A stretch of 63,922 nucleotides of DNA, filler included, from Perkinsus chesapeaki ATCC PRA-425 (lineage: Eukaryota; Protista; Perkinsozoa): the NCBI GenBank assembly GCA_013115145.1. It is 6 parts of 6 records of this genome, joined end to end, with 100 filler letters (N's around TTAATTAATTAA, not from the genome) between each part and the next. Parts side by side here need not be neighbours in the genome. Positions count along the whole stretch, not along the records: positions 1 to 26,273 come from JAAPAO010000511.1; 5 more parts are not named here. One strand, 5' to 3'. Each line of letters begins with the position of its first letter. Position 1 is the first letter of the stretch. Shown here one piece after another: positions 13,418 through 23,890 of the stretch. The notes under the pieces were generated by a model. The model made no database searches. It saw nothing but the letters and a program-made list of their open reading frames with translations, and was not told the origin of the DNA. The translations under genes were made by a program, and so were the position numbers.

Positions 13418-13812
13418 GATTTAAGCATATAAGTAAGCGGAGGAAAAGAAACTAACTAGGATTCCCTTAGTAATGGCGAATGAACAGGGATCAGCTCAGT
13501 GCCTAATCAGAATCACTTGTGGTTCTGAAATGTGGCTTGAAGGCAGTACCAGTGGCAACGCGGACGAAAGTCTCTTGGAAAAGAGCGTCATAGAGGGTGA
13601 GAATCCCGTGAGTCGTTTGCAGTTTGTCACGTATGGTCTGTGTTCTAGTGAGTCGCGTTCCTCGGGATTGGAGGGTAAACGGGTGGTAAATTGCATCCAC
13701 AGCAAAATATATACTCGAGACCGGTCGCACAAAAATACCGTGAGGGAAAGGTGAAAAGAACTTTGGGAAGAAGGTTAAATAGTACCTGAAATCGTTGAGA
13801 AGGAAGCGGATG
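13418..13812 (+). rRNA. Isolated 5' fragment (about the D1 region) of 28S/LSU rRNA; not a functional rDNA unit
   Basis: Contains LSU landmarks TTAAGCATAT..GCGGAGGAAAAGAAACTAAC.AGGATTCCCTTAGTAA.GGCGA, GAGGGTGAGAATCCCGT, GGGTGGTAAA and TACCGTGAGGGAAAGGTGAAAAGAACTTTG. No ITS, 5.8S or rest of LSU nearby. Confidence 0.9.
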
Positions 13813-14154
13813 CCGCCGTTGCAGTCCGCTTGCGACTCCGTACTACGGAGCTTTCCAGAGGGCAAACGGAAGAAAGAACAGATAGAGGCGGATTCCGTCT
13901 CGGGTTTTGACTCCGTCTGACGGAAGATCTCAGAATTCGGATGGGGTGGAGCGGCTCCACTGAAGCCGTGGAATAGAGGGATGTATCAAAATTTCCAAGC
14001 CAAAGTCCACGAACCATTCCGTAGTTTGTGCACCCTGGGGGAGCGCTGCGAACATGGGAAATGGTCACCGATAGAAAAGCCGCCGCCTCTTTTCCGATGA
14101 GTGTCACCGGATGACGCACCAATTGGTCATTGCTTGCCAATACGCTCCCACTCT

Positions 14155-15050
14155 ACATCACAATAGCCACAGGATTCACGCGTTATGATGACTCCCAGCT
14201 CACGCCGCCTATTGAACTAACCGTGGGCGTCTAAGCCGCTGGCATTGTAACCCAGTTTTCATGAGCTGCTTCCCGGGTAACAATAGGCACCCATTGTCGA
14301 GCTAGGGCGAGCATGCTCCTGTGAAATTGGCTATCAGTCCGTCCCAGACTAGGAATCTAAGGGACTAGGGCCTAGTCCGGATTCCAGAAAGAACACCCCT
14401 TAAACTATAACGCTTCAGATAGCGGCTCTCCACGCTCGGCGTAGTCCGCTACCCATACCTTCTTTCAGGTATTAGCTTGTGCTATGCAAGCATGCCCAGC
14501 GTGGCTCACATTCCGTGAGCACCCCAGCTCAGCGGCTGAGGTGCTGAACAACCGAAGATTTTCGATAACTTCGGCAGTAACTTGGTAGATGTTGACGCCA
14601 ATGAATTGATATCATCCTTGAATGAAGGCCATTACTGATTCACTTTGACGAGGCGTCGGGTCTCAAACGCCTTGAGGCGTGAGACGTCTTCAATCCTGTT
14701 CCATTCGAGGATCGAATTTCGTTCATCAACTGAAATTTTACATTTCTGCGAAATGTCATGTTTTTTCCACGTCTTATCAGACTTTTCTGGTGCTTTGAGT
14801 TGCGAATGATATTCAATTCTACTTGTGGCACCATTTCCTGGATGGAGATTGAAAGGTTGCCGAATAGACGCAGATGTTGAAAGCATGGTCAGACGAACAG
14901 GACACACATTTGATGTTGAAACAGCTAAACAAGTCGTGGGCAAACTTCAAACGATAACCGTCGAGTGTTGGCCGAAACCTGCAGAAAGTGGTTGAAATCT
15001 GAACGGAATCTAAGGAATTTAGTCACTTGGCCATTTGTCATGACTTGAGT
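14155..15050 (+). mobile_element. Degenerate repeat, probable retroelement 5' region/gag-like remnant, copy 1
   Basis: Aligns with 20495-21220 (ctaaccgtgggc.tctaagccg; peptide remnant DADVESMV...DVETAKQVVGKLQT vs DGDVESMV...DLETPKQVVEKVQT). Element class is inferred. Confidence 0.45.
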
Positions 15051-15604
15051 CAAGTCCCTTGACTGATACCTAGTGAGAGTATGTAGTTGTAGTACAACCG
15101 TTGTACTTGACGTTAGAAGATGACCACGAGCTAGTAGAGTGCTAACGATAATCTCCCCAAATACGAGGATCCATTTACTGAGAAACCTCATGGTTGCAGT
15201 GGGTGATGAACTCTTCGGTGAGTTTGACCAGCGACACTTGACTGGGCTGCTACGACATTGTCCTCAACTTTTTGCACTTTGCGTTAGGGAACTGAATTTA
15301 TTCACCGTCTTATCTCCCGTCGGGAGACAGTCTCCCGGCGACTCCCGCATTGAAAGCGCTTCGGAGTCCTTCTAACCAGTATAACTTTGGTCACCATCTG
15401 CACTATTCTATATAACAGAATCCACTAGATGGTGGCATCGAGCTCCAGTAGGACAGAAGCTCCTAACCTCCAGATATTTAGCGCAGTCTTACCAGAAATA
15501 GAGTACTACCATGAAATGTAAGATTGCGACATCTGAAGACCATCGAATTTTTCAACAGACCATATGCATTCAATCTCGGGAGTTTTGCCTTGGAAACTTG
15601 CATA

Positions 15605-16316
15605 TAAACCCCCTTACAAAATAATATGACCTCTACACTTTCGAGCGTAAAATAGTAACGAGAAAGAGTTAGGACTTGATATTTTGTGAGAACAACTTTT
15701 TTACGATACTGATATAAACTGTCATGTGACTGCTGGAAATCTCGCTCGCCCGGAATCAAAAACTGAAACTGTCACAATCTGCACGCGTCCAAAATAATAT
15801 GACCTCAAATGTGCGCTGTCATCCGATAGTTTTTAACCCATGCCTAAAGCCAAAGTTCTATCCCCACGTACGAAACAGCTTATCCGTGCGATGTGGGATG
15901 AAAAACTACCCGACGGCAAGAGAAAATATACTCATAAAGAGATCGGGAAGTCCCACGGCGTCACAAGGCAATGTGTAAGTACAATCTTAGCTAAATCGGA
16001 TACGAACCCCTCCCCGGATACCCCAGAGACAAGAGGGAGGAAACCAATACTCACTGACAGACAAAAACGACAAATAATGCGAGAATTTCAAAGAGATCCG
16101 AATGCTACATGCCCCCAGATCATGAAAGTCTGCAAATTGGAAGCATCTCCCCAGACAGTAAGGCGTTTCGTGAAGTCCATCGGGGCGGAATATGCAAAAC
16201 TGGCAACAGTACCGAGGATGACGCCAGCCCACAAGGCCATATCAAGTCCTAACTCTTTCTCGTTACTATTTTATGCTCAAAAGTGTAGAGGTCATATTAT
16301 TTTGTAAGGGGGTTTA
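15605..16316 (+). mobile_element. Tc1/mariner-type DNA transposon, internal-deletion derivative (712 bp)
   Basis: 78-bp TIRs at 15605-15682 and 16239-16316 with 2 mismatches, TA at both outer ends, enclosing a transposase N-terminus. Confidence 0.9.
15840..16238 (+). pseudogene. Tc1-like transposase, DNA-binding (bipartite HTH) region only
   Basis: MPKAKVLS..HKEIGKSHGVTRQCVSTIL..RGRKPILTDRQKR..SPQTVRRFVK..VPRMTPAHKA runs directly into the right TIR; no DDE domain. Confidence 0.85.
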
Positions 16317-16824
16317 TGTTTTTAACATCTGGTAGATGCATTGCTGGCTTGAGCATGACCATTCTTCGATACTTTAGAGACTTTACAGCAAACTTTACTG
16401 AGTAAAGGCGACCGAGCGAGCGTATAACCCAAGCGAGCGTATTTTTTAACCTATACAAAGTAAAACGAAGTGTTATATACGGTATTTATATGTAACACTT
16501 TTGACAGTTTCTCTGATTGCTCGGTAGCTCACTACCCCAAGCGAGCTTATCACGTCATATAATGCATATAACTATCGTGGAGTATTTCAGCATCGCGAAT
16601 ACGCAGTGGCAGCAAGTAGATTTCACAGGCAGATTAAGATCGGTTGCCGCACCTAAACGGCACCGTCAAGGTACATTGCACCTAATCATTCACAGTGAAC
16701 TCGAGCTCTAAGCTGTGGAAGGCAGTTAAAAATTATCGGCGATAATAGGAGTTTCTGAAACTCTATAATACAGTGTTCTCAGACGAGAGAGAATTGGAAG
16801 TGCCGTCTCCTTGCTAATTTAGAG

Positions 16825-17340
16825 GAGGTCACCTTTTCACAGTGCAAGTTGCACCCTCGACCAATATTCTCATCGAGAGGCTCCCTTATGCACCCTATTC
16901 GAGAGGTAACCAATATGGTTGAACCAAAACAATAACTGGAGATCGATGAGAGAAGTTAGGAATTTGAACTATTAACTTTCCGAAACTTCAAGAAGTGTAG
17001 CAATGTCATCTTTCGACTATAACATTATCGCGTTACCTTAGTCTAGAAAATATTATTTAATACTATGGTAACACGACTTGCTGTGACTCATAGACAAACT
17101 AGGTCTTTGAAGTAAGTCCAGGACTTGGAGTGAATGCCTTCGCTCAGGCTTCTACATACCACTACTGATGAACCGCCAATCTGGGTATTTGCGCGCATTG
17201 ACAATTGGAATCGCAGATACACAGTCGGCATTACACATAGTTATCAGCCAAGCAAGCAAGGCAAATAAACAGTTAGTAGCAAAACAGAAATGAAATAGTT
17301 CAACGACTAGTCTAGACGACCGGGGTTTTCAAGTAATACT
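16825..17340. repeat. Duplicated inter-copy spacer of the F1 array (matches about 11955-12480)
   Basis: Shared blocks gaggtcacc..tgcaagttgcacc, ctttccgaaacttcaagaa, tactatggtaacacgacttgctgtgac, ctgatgaaccgccaatctg. Confidence 0.85.
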
Positions 17341-17402
17341 TTTATGAACTACTCAAGGAGAGTTCGGAATCTCCAGACGAGTTTTGACCAATTCCGATGA
17401 TA

Positions 17403-17852
17403 TCAGCACTCGCCTTCAGTAAGGTAGACGACCTCATCATGAAAATCCACTCTAAATTTTGTATAATCTGGACTGGCATAGAATGTCCTCAAGTCATTAT
17501 GAGAAGAGGGAGATGGCACGAGGTTGCATGTGTGATAGACTCTTTTCATAAACTCAGCGTGATCGCCTTCGCTGCTTTTTCTTAGTGTGTAAGGGTAGCC
17601 GGGGAAGGGCTTGACGAATTCCAAATAAGGTGAACCGGCAGCTCGACCCTTGCAGCTAACGAGCAGCACGACTTTTCTAACTTCTTGTTCGTCAATAATC
17701 GTGGTTGGTTCATCAAGCCAGTCGGATTGTATGCATTGCTTCTCCTTGTCGGTATACCCACTATAACTGCCAGTTTGGCATTCTATAGACCAAAGCAAGC
17801 ATTGGAGAGCTACCATACTCAGAAGCCTGTTGAAGTAAGATGTGTTGGGCAT
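17403..17852 (-). CDS. Secreted 4-Cys protein family F1, copy C (149 aa, most divergent)
   Basis: MPNTSYFNRLLSMVALQCLLWSIECQ...CIQSDW...SCKG...TCNL...LTEGEC. Confidence 0.8.
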   Translation of the reverse strand: MPNTSYFNRLLSMVALQCLLWSIECQTGSYSGYTDKEKQCIQSDWLDEPTTIIDEQEVRKVVLLVSCKGRAAGSPYLEFVKPFPGYPYTLRKSSEGDHAEFMKRVYHTCNLVPSPSSHNDLRTFYASPDYTKFRVDFHDEVVYLTEGEC

Positions 17853-19143
17853 TGTTATACAAACCGAGATGGAACTATGGTTGGAAGATGAGCGCTCAAT
17901 TCCAGTCGGTTCCGAAACAAAGTTGAAAGCCAAGAAACGGAATGAAAAATGAGAAGTTGAATGATCTCTTTCTCCGATTAGTTTAGGCCTCCATGTGCAT
18001 GCGTGGTATTCAATCACACGCGTACGCTGGTAAGGTAGAACTATGCCGATCGAGTTGTTATTGATTTAGGATGATTAGGACGCGAGAATCTTACAAAGAT
18101 GTGAGTAAGCCCCTACTGAGATGATACTGCCTACTATTCTTTCCTTACAAGAGAGGGAAGCACTGAGGAATGTATGACTTTCCGATGTCACGCACCAGCC
18201 TTCGTGACGGGTCGTGACTTCACCGTGGAGCGAAGTGAACCGCATTTGGAAATTTCCCCGGAAAATCTGGCCGCATTTTCGGTCGACTGGAAGAGCGTGA
18301 TTTGACAGAGCGCGGACGGACGAAACACCATGTTGAAAAAAAGAATTTCCTGGAGTAAGAGTGAGAAAAGCCGTGGAATAAAGGAATAGCGGAGCTTCGA
18401 AGCCAAATTTCATGGAACGTGCTGTAGTGTGTTCATCCTGTGAACGCGCTGCGAGCATGAGAAATGATCAACGACAGAAAACCGCTCTGTGTGATAGCAT
18501 TTTATTGATTGATAAATATGTGTTATGTTCTATCTTGCTATCTTGTATATCCTCTAATCAGTGATGATGTCGGTGATACAGTTAGCATGTGTTACATACT
18601 ATGTAAAACAAAGCTATCTCGCTTGTTAGTTGCTGTAATACGTAAATAGTAAGTGCGAGCTACTACTACTGTTTCATTTGTTATCATGAGTTTGCCATCG
18701 TCAAGTCTTGGCTCAGGATTGAAACTCGATTGAGGCAAGTGTGACGCTTGAAGGAATACCATTTCAAGAGGTGTAAGCATCGTCTTTTGACTATGACACT
18801 TTCGCAGACGACCAGAAAATACAGTACATCATTTACTATAATAACACGACCTACTCTTGTTCATAAATAAGACAAGTCCTCGGAATAGGTCTTTGGCTTG
18901 GCTAGGGCTTCTAGATATCACTACTGATGAACCGCCAACAGTCGAGTATTTACGCGCATCGACAAATGAGCGGGTAGATACACAGTCGGCATTACACGTA
19001 GTTATCAGCCAGACAAGCTGGGCAAATAAATAGTTAGTAGCAAAACAAGAATAAATAGTTCAACCCGACCAGTCTAGGCGACCGGGGCTTCAGAAAGGAA
19101 TCTAAGACTACCGTCAATCCTTGACGCAAGAGAGGTTCGGAAT

Positions 19144-19599
19144 TTACATACGATTCTTAACCAATTCCGGACACTCTCCTCGGGTAAGATTGACGACCTC
19201 GTCATGGAAATTCACCCGTATTTTGGTATAACCTTCGTCATAATAGTATGTGTTCATGTCATTCCAATATTGACGGAGGTAATCGAGTTTGCATATATCA
19301 TAGGCCATACGCATGAAATCAGCGCGATCCTTCTTGCTGACTTTGCTGACTGTGTACGGGTAGTTGGGGTGGATCTTGATAACTTCCAACTCAGGTGAAC
19401 CAACGAGACTGTCGCCGCAGTGAATGGTCAACCCGACGGCCATTACTTGCTTTGGTTTATGAATCCAGTTAACTTGTATGCATTGCTGCTTCTTTTTGGT
19501 ATACCCACTATAGCTGCCAGTTTGGCATTCTATAGACCAAAGCACGGCCAGGAGAACTACCATACTCAGAAGCCTGTTGAGGTTGGAGGAGTTGGGCAT
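19144..19599 (-). CDS. Secreted 4-Cys protein family F1, copy D (151 aa)
   Basis: MPNSSNLNRLLSMVVLLAVLWSIECQ...CIQVNW...HCGD...DICKL...LTRGECPELVKNRM. Confidence 0.8.
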   Translation of the reverse strand: MPNSSNLNRLLSMVVLLAVLWSIECQTGSYSGYTKKKQQCIQVNWIHKPKQVMAVGLTIHCGDSLVGSPELEVIKIHPNYPYTVSKVSKKDRADFMRMAYDICKLDYLRQYWNDMNTYYYDEGYTKIRVNFHDEVVNLTRGECPELVKNRM

Positions 19600-19971
19600 T
19601 GTGATGCTAACCGAGATGGAACTATGGTTGAAAAATGAGTGTTCGATTCTAGTCGTTTCTGAAACGAGGTCGAAAACCCAGGCACGAAATGAAGAATGAG
19701 AATGATCTCTTTTCCTGATTAGCTTAAGCCTCCAAGTGCTTGCGTGGTATTGAGTCACACACGTACGCTGGTAAGATGTAACTATGCCGGTCGGCGATCG
19801 GCGGTCGCTTTGTGATTGATTTAGAAGGATTAAGATGCGAGATTGCTCAAGGAGATGTAAGCTAGCCTCTACTATAGGCGATAGTATCACCAGTATCGCC
19901 GCGATAAAGTGCTTACAAAGAGGGGAACTTGTGACTTTCTGATGTCACGCACCCGCCTTTGTCACGGTTCG

Positions 19972-21220
19972 TGTTGTGGCCCACAACTTGTGGGTCCGGA
20001 TTTATAAATATATCTTGCTATACTACTGATTCTCCCACAACTTGTCATGTCCCGAAGGGTATCACTATATCCAGGAGGGTTGTCTGATGGATTAAACCTT
20101 CGCCATTCCTTTTATATCTATCGAGCCCAATATCGGTTAGTTGCGCAGAGTAATTGTGTGTGCGTACACATGAATACGTACTGACGAAAAACATGATTAA
20201 ATGCGCGATATTGAAGGAATAATCGGAGAAATACGTTGTGTTCTATTATTTCGCAAGGGGGTTTAGATAGGTGTATAACTAAAGTGCAGTTAGTGCGCAG
20301 TGCACTGTGCGCTTATACCTAAGCTTATACCATCAATACTACGTTTGGGGGTCCCAGCCTGGGACCCCCAGGGACGTAGTATTGATGTTCTGCCTTGAGC
20401 TTCTTCCTTGTGTTATTCCTCAGGCTCTGATGCTCAGAGCTCATCAACTGGTACCGCGACAGTAGTGACAAAGGGCGGTGCGCTTAGTTCGAAATCAACA
20501 GATGGCGCGGTATCATGACCCCCAGTTGGCGCCGCCCAATGATCTAACCGTGGGCATCTAAGCCGTAATCATGTTACATATCACATGATTCGCAAGCAAC
20601 AGTAGACACTCAGCATCATGTTTGGACGAGCAAGATCCAGTAGAGTGGCGGCCAAGACTGGGATTCCTGGTCGGAGCCGAATAACTTTAAAGTTTCGAGG
20701 ATCGTCGCTATCAGATAGGGGCTACCGTTGCTTAGTCCAGTACACTGCTCTCTGGATCGTGAGTCACGATATCACGGTATTATGGTGTGCCAGGCTAACA
20801 TGCCTCGAGTCGAAGCCCTCGACGAGACTCTCCTGCTGGTGCACTATTTTCGGTGACTTTGGATGCTTTGAGTTGTGTCACAACTGTTGTGAATGATGTC
20901 TGAATGCTATCAATGATAGTCCATCATTGCTAACCATTTTCTGGTTTATCATGGAGATTGAACTTCTAAGAGGTTGTCTGAGAGACGGAGATGTCGAAAG
21001 CATGGTAACACAAATAGCACGCACACCTGATTTGGAAACACCTAAACAGGTCGTGGAAAAAGTCCAAACGCTCCTGAGAGATCAACCGTCGAACCCGAGA
21101 ACGTATCTCATCGCTCTGCTACAGGATGAACTCGGGTTGGCCGGTCAAAAGGAAACAGAGGTACAGTACGCAGTCGAAGATAACACTTCCCGTCTCCGTT
21201 GGATGGTCAAACTTTGACCT
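19972..21220 (+). mobile_element. LTR-like terminus (TGTTG...) followed by a degenerate gag-like remnant, copy 2
   Basis: Homology to the F1 upstream region stops at about 19973 and new sequence begins TGTTGTGGCCCACAAC; 20495-21220 aligns with 14155-15050. No second LTR or TSD found. Confidence 0.45.
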
Positions 21221-21877
21221 AAGAATCTCCGGGTGCAATCAGAATTCATGACGAGCTATTCGTCCGCGTACTGATTGTTTTTCAGAGAAATCCGTATCGT
21301 AATCCAAATCACGACTTCAGAACACTGCATTCATACAGGACGTCAAGTCCAACTCGTACTCGCTGTCAAGATTAGGCTAACCTCATTATGATGATCATCA
21401 GCTCGCAATATTCATATAGAAGGTCCTCATATATGAATACTGCGAGCTGATGATCAGCATGAGCTTATGATAAGCAGCTTATCAGAGCATCTGCTGATCT
21501 GATGAGCCTATAATGTTGACGTCTTCGCTGATTTCGATTGCAATGAAATATTTGGCGACATCTAGAAGACCGCAGACAAGTTAATTGAAGATAATTGTTG
21601 CGCTACAAATGGGAGGTATCGTTTTTATACGTCATTCAATTGAAACGTCTTGAATGATTCAAATCCTTTTCGATCAATTCGTTGGCAGCCGTAAAGCGGT
21701 TCGGTAAATGAATTTAACGTGTTAAAATCAACTTCTGAATTATGGGCTCAAACCTTATCATTACTTCATGACTAGACTAGTGACGCTAGCTGATATGGAC
21801 CTTTGTCTGTGGGCTAGCCTCAGGGAACTAACGCGGACATCCGAGTCCGATGGTTTTGTAACTCGCGTTGAGACCTG

Positions 21878-23890
21878 GTGGATCAGCCATTGTTTCAGAA
21901 GCAAGAAGACTCTACCAGCTTGCTCGGCGCCATTAAGGCCATCAGCGCTGAGATTGTCCCTAAGGAGACATTTGCTGCCATTATATGTGAAACTCGCAAA
22001 CTTCTTAAGTGCGAACGGTCGGTAGAAAAAACGTTAGAAGGTTTGACACCCGATCTGCTCCAGAGTGCGCCTGTATGTCTGCGACAAAACGGATGGACTT
22101 CTCATCTCAGCCGCAGTCGATGAGGAAGACGTAAAGCTAGTCGCAGTAGGTGAACGACCATAGAGCCATATGCTTCAGGCCAAAGAGGTTGAAGTGGGAG
22201 AGGGCATCGTTGGACGAGTGTTTGCAACAAAGAATGCTGAGAGCAACGTTCGAGATGCAGAAAGTGTGACACTTCCTGTGACAACCAAGTGTGAAAACCA
22301 AGACACTTCAAGTGTCTTGGCAGTGCCCATAAGTGGGACCAGTTACAGGCCTATAGACCGGTGAATCTGGCTTTAGTCGACTTCGACGGTGAAAATCTCG
22401 GGGTACTCGAAGCTCTGAACAAAACCGAGGGAGCTAAGTTTACACACAGGGTAAGTTGGAAGGGGTATCGCTTTTGGCAGCTCCCCCTTAGGATCAACTA
22501 ATGCTGGATAACATAGCTCAGCATGCTGCTATCGCCCTCAGGAACTCTGAGGTCGGCAAAAGGGCGAGATGCCACAATATGTTATTCAGAATATCCTTCT
22601 CAAAAAGGGAAAAATGCATATCTGGCGCATGTGCTTATATTTTCAAACCATTCAGATGGAACGCGTGCTCGAGGTTGGAGTGTGCAACCATCTTGAGGAA
22701 CCTGACTCGAATTTGGAACCCGAATCAACGCTGCGTCGTGGACGATTTCCGACATAACTTCATTGGTCTGATGGAACCTGAGGCTTCCAGGTTTACCGTG
22801 AGGTGATCGCATCAACGGAGCGAGCGGCCGCGCTTTTGCGTGTCATAAAATCCATTGGCGAAAATCTCGGGAGTCAAAGCCTTCTACTGGCCATCATGTC
22901 GTATGCCTACGAGCTCGTTCAAGCTGATAGGTAGCACGATTCATATCACAGTCCATGCAGTATCCTCCAGATGCACTGTGTTCACCGTGGATGATGCACG
23001 AGGCATTATATTTTCTATCTCTTCGGACTCCGGTGAGCGCAACTCGGTGGACTCGAGGGTCACGTAGACTGTTTCGTCTTGCACTCTCAGTATGCTATTA
23101 CCATATTTGTGGACTGAGCTCGGGAATCAGCGATTCCGAGTCAGTGATCAGTGAAATTTACTCGAAGTGGTACAATATTCATTGGGGACTCCCTCAGAGG
23201 AAGTATTGATTTCAGAACTCAAAACTCAGAACGTGAATCCTTCAGATTCTGAGGGATTCACATGAAATACGTTCGAAGACGAGTTGTCTCAGACAACTCA
23301 TCGTAACGATAACCTCGCTCTCCGAATGTTACTTCGTTGTACATCGTTTTCATTTACCTCAGGGCAAGAAGTGAAGCTTCGGAAAGGGCAGGGTATAGTG
23401 GGCAAATGCGCGGAGACCTGTGCAACTATCAACATAAGAAACGCGTATGAAGATAGACGGTTCAATCAAGTGCGTCTGTTGTTTGAGCTGAGTTCAGTTG
23501 ATATATGTAGGAAATCGATAAGCTTACCGGATATAAGACAAAAAGTATAATGGCAGTGCCAGTGACACATCAAAGGTGACGCAACGCGAATTGTCGTTTT
23601 AACCGTTAAACGACCGTTGAACTTTGACGAGGCTGTTCAGTCGAGCCATCGGTGTTATTCAAATGATTAACAAGAAAGAGCTCGACGGGACTGTTGGTCA
23701 ATTCACAGATGACGATGTTAAGGTAGCATCACCTTCGAATGAAATTCGTGTAACTCGTAAAAGGTTATTGAGATGTTCGCTACCCTGGTGGCCAGTAGGC
23801 TAGCTCGGTCCCGACTGACCTGCTCCCCGACTGAATCGACATACTCAACCGAGACAGGCCTGCCTTCCCCTCACAATTTCGGAGCAGGTA
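21878..23890 (+). CDS. Tandem GAF-domain protein (PDE/cyclase-type GAF-A/GAF-B), multi-exon; termini uncertain
   Basis: Exons read ETRKLLKCER, VGEGIVGRVFAT, SSVLAVPI, LGVLEALNK..AKFTHR, MLDNIAQHAAIALRNSE, YELVQADRCTVFTVD, RKGQGIVGKCAET..INIRNAYEDRRFNQ, GYKTKSIMAVPV, VIQMINKK..GQFTDDDVK, VIEMFATLVASRL. The NKxxxxFxxxD motifs are typical of PDE GAF domains. Confidence 0.85.

Noticed and set aside
13418-13812. Functional rDNA locus
   Set aside because: Only about 400 bp of LSU, inserted into a paralogous upstream region, with no 18S, ITS or 5.8S.
11331-19890. Long N-terminal extensions of F1 ORFs upstream of the MP/MS Met
   Set aside because: Lengths and starts differ among copies and precede a good signal peptide; probably open 5' flank.
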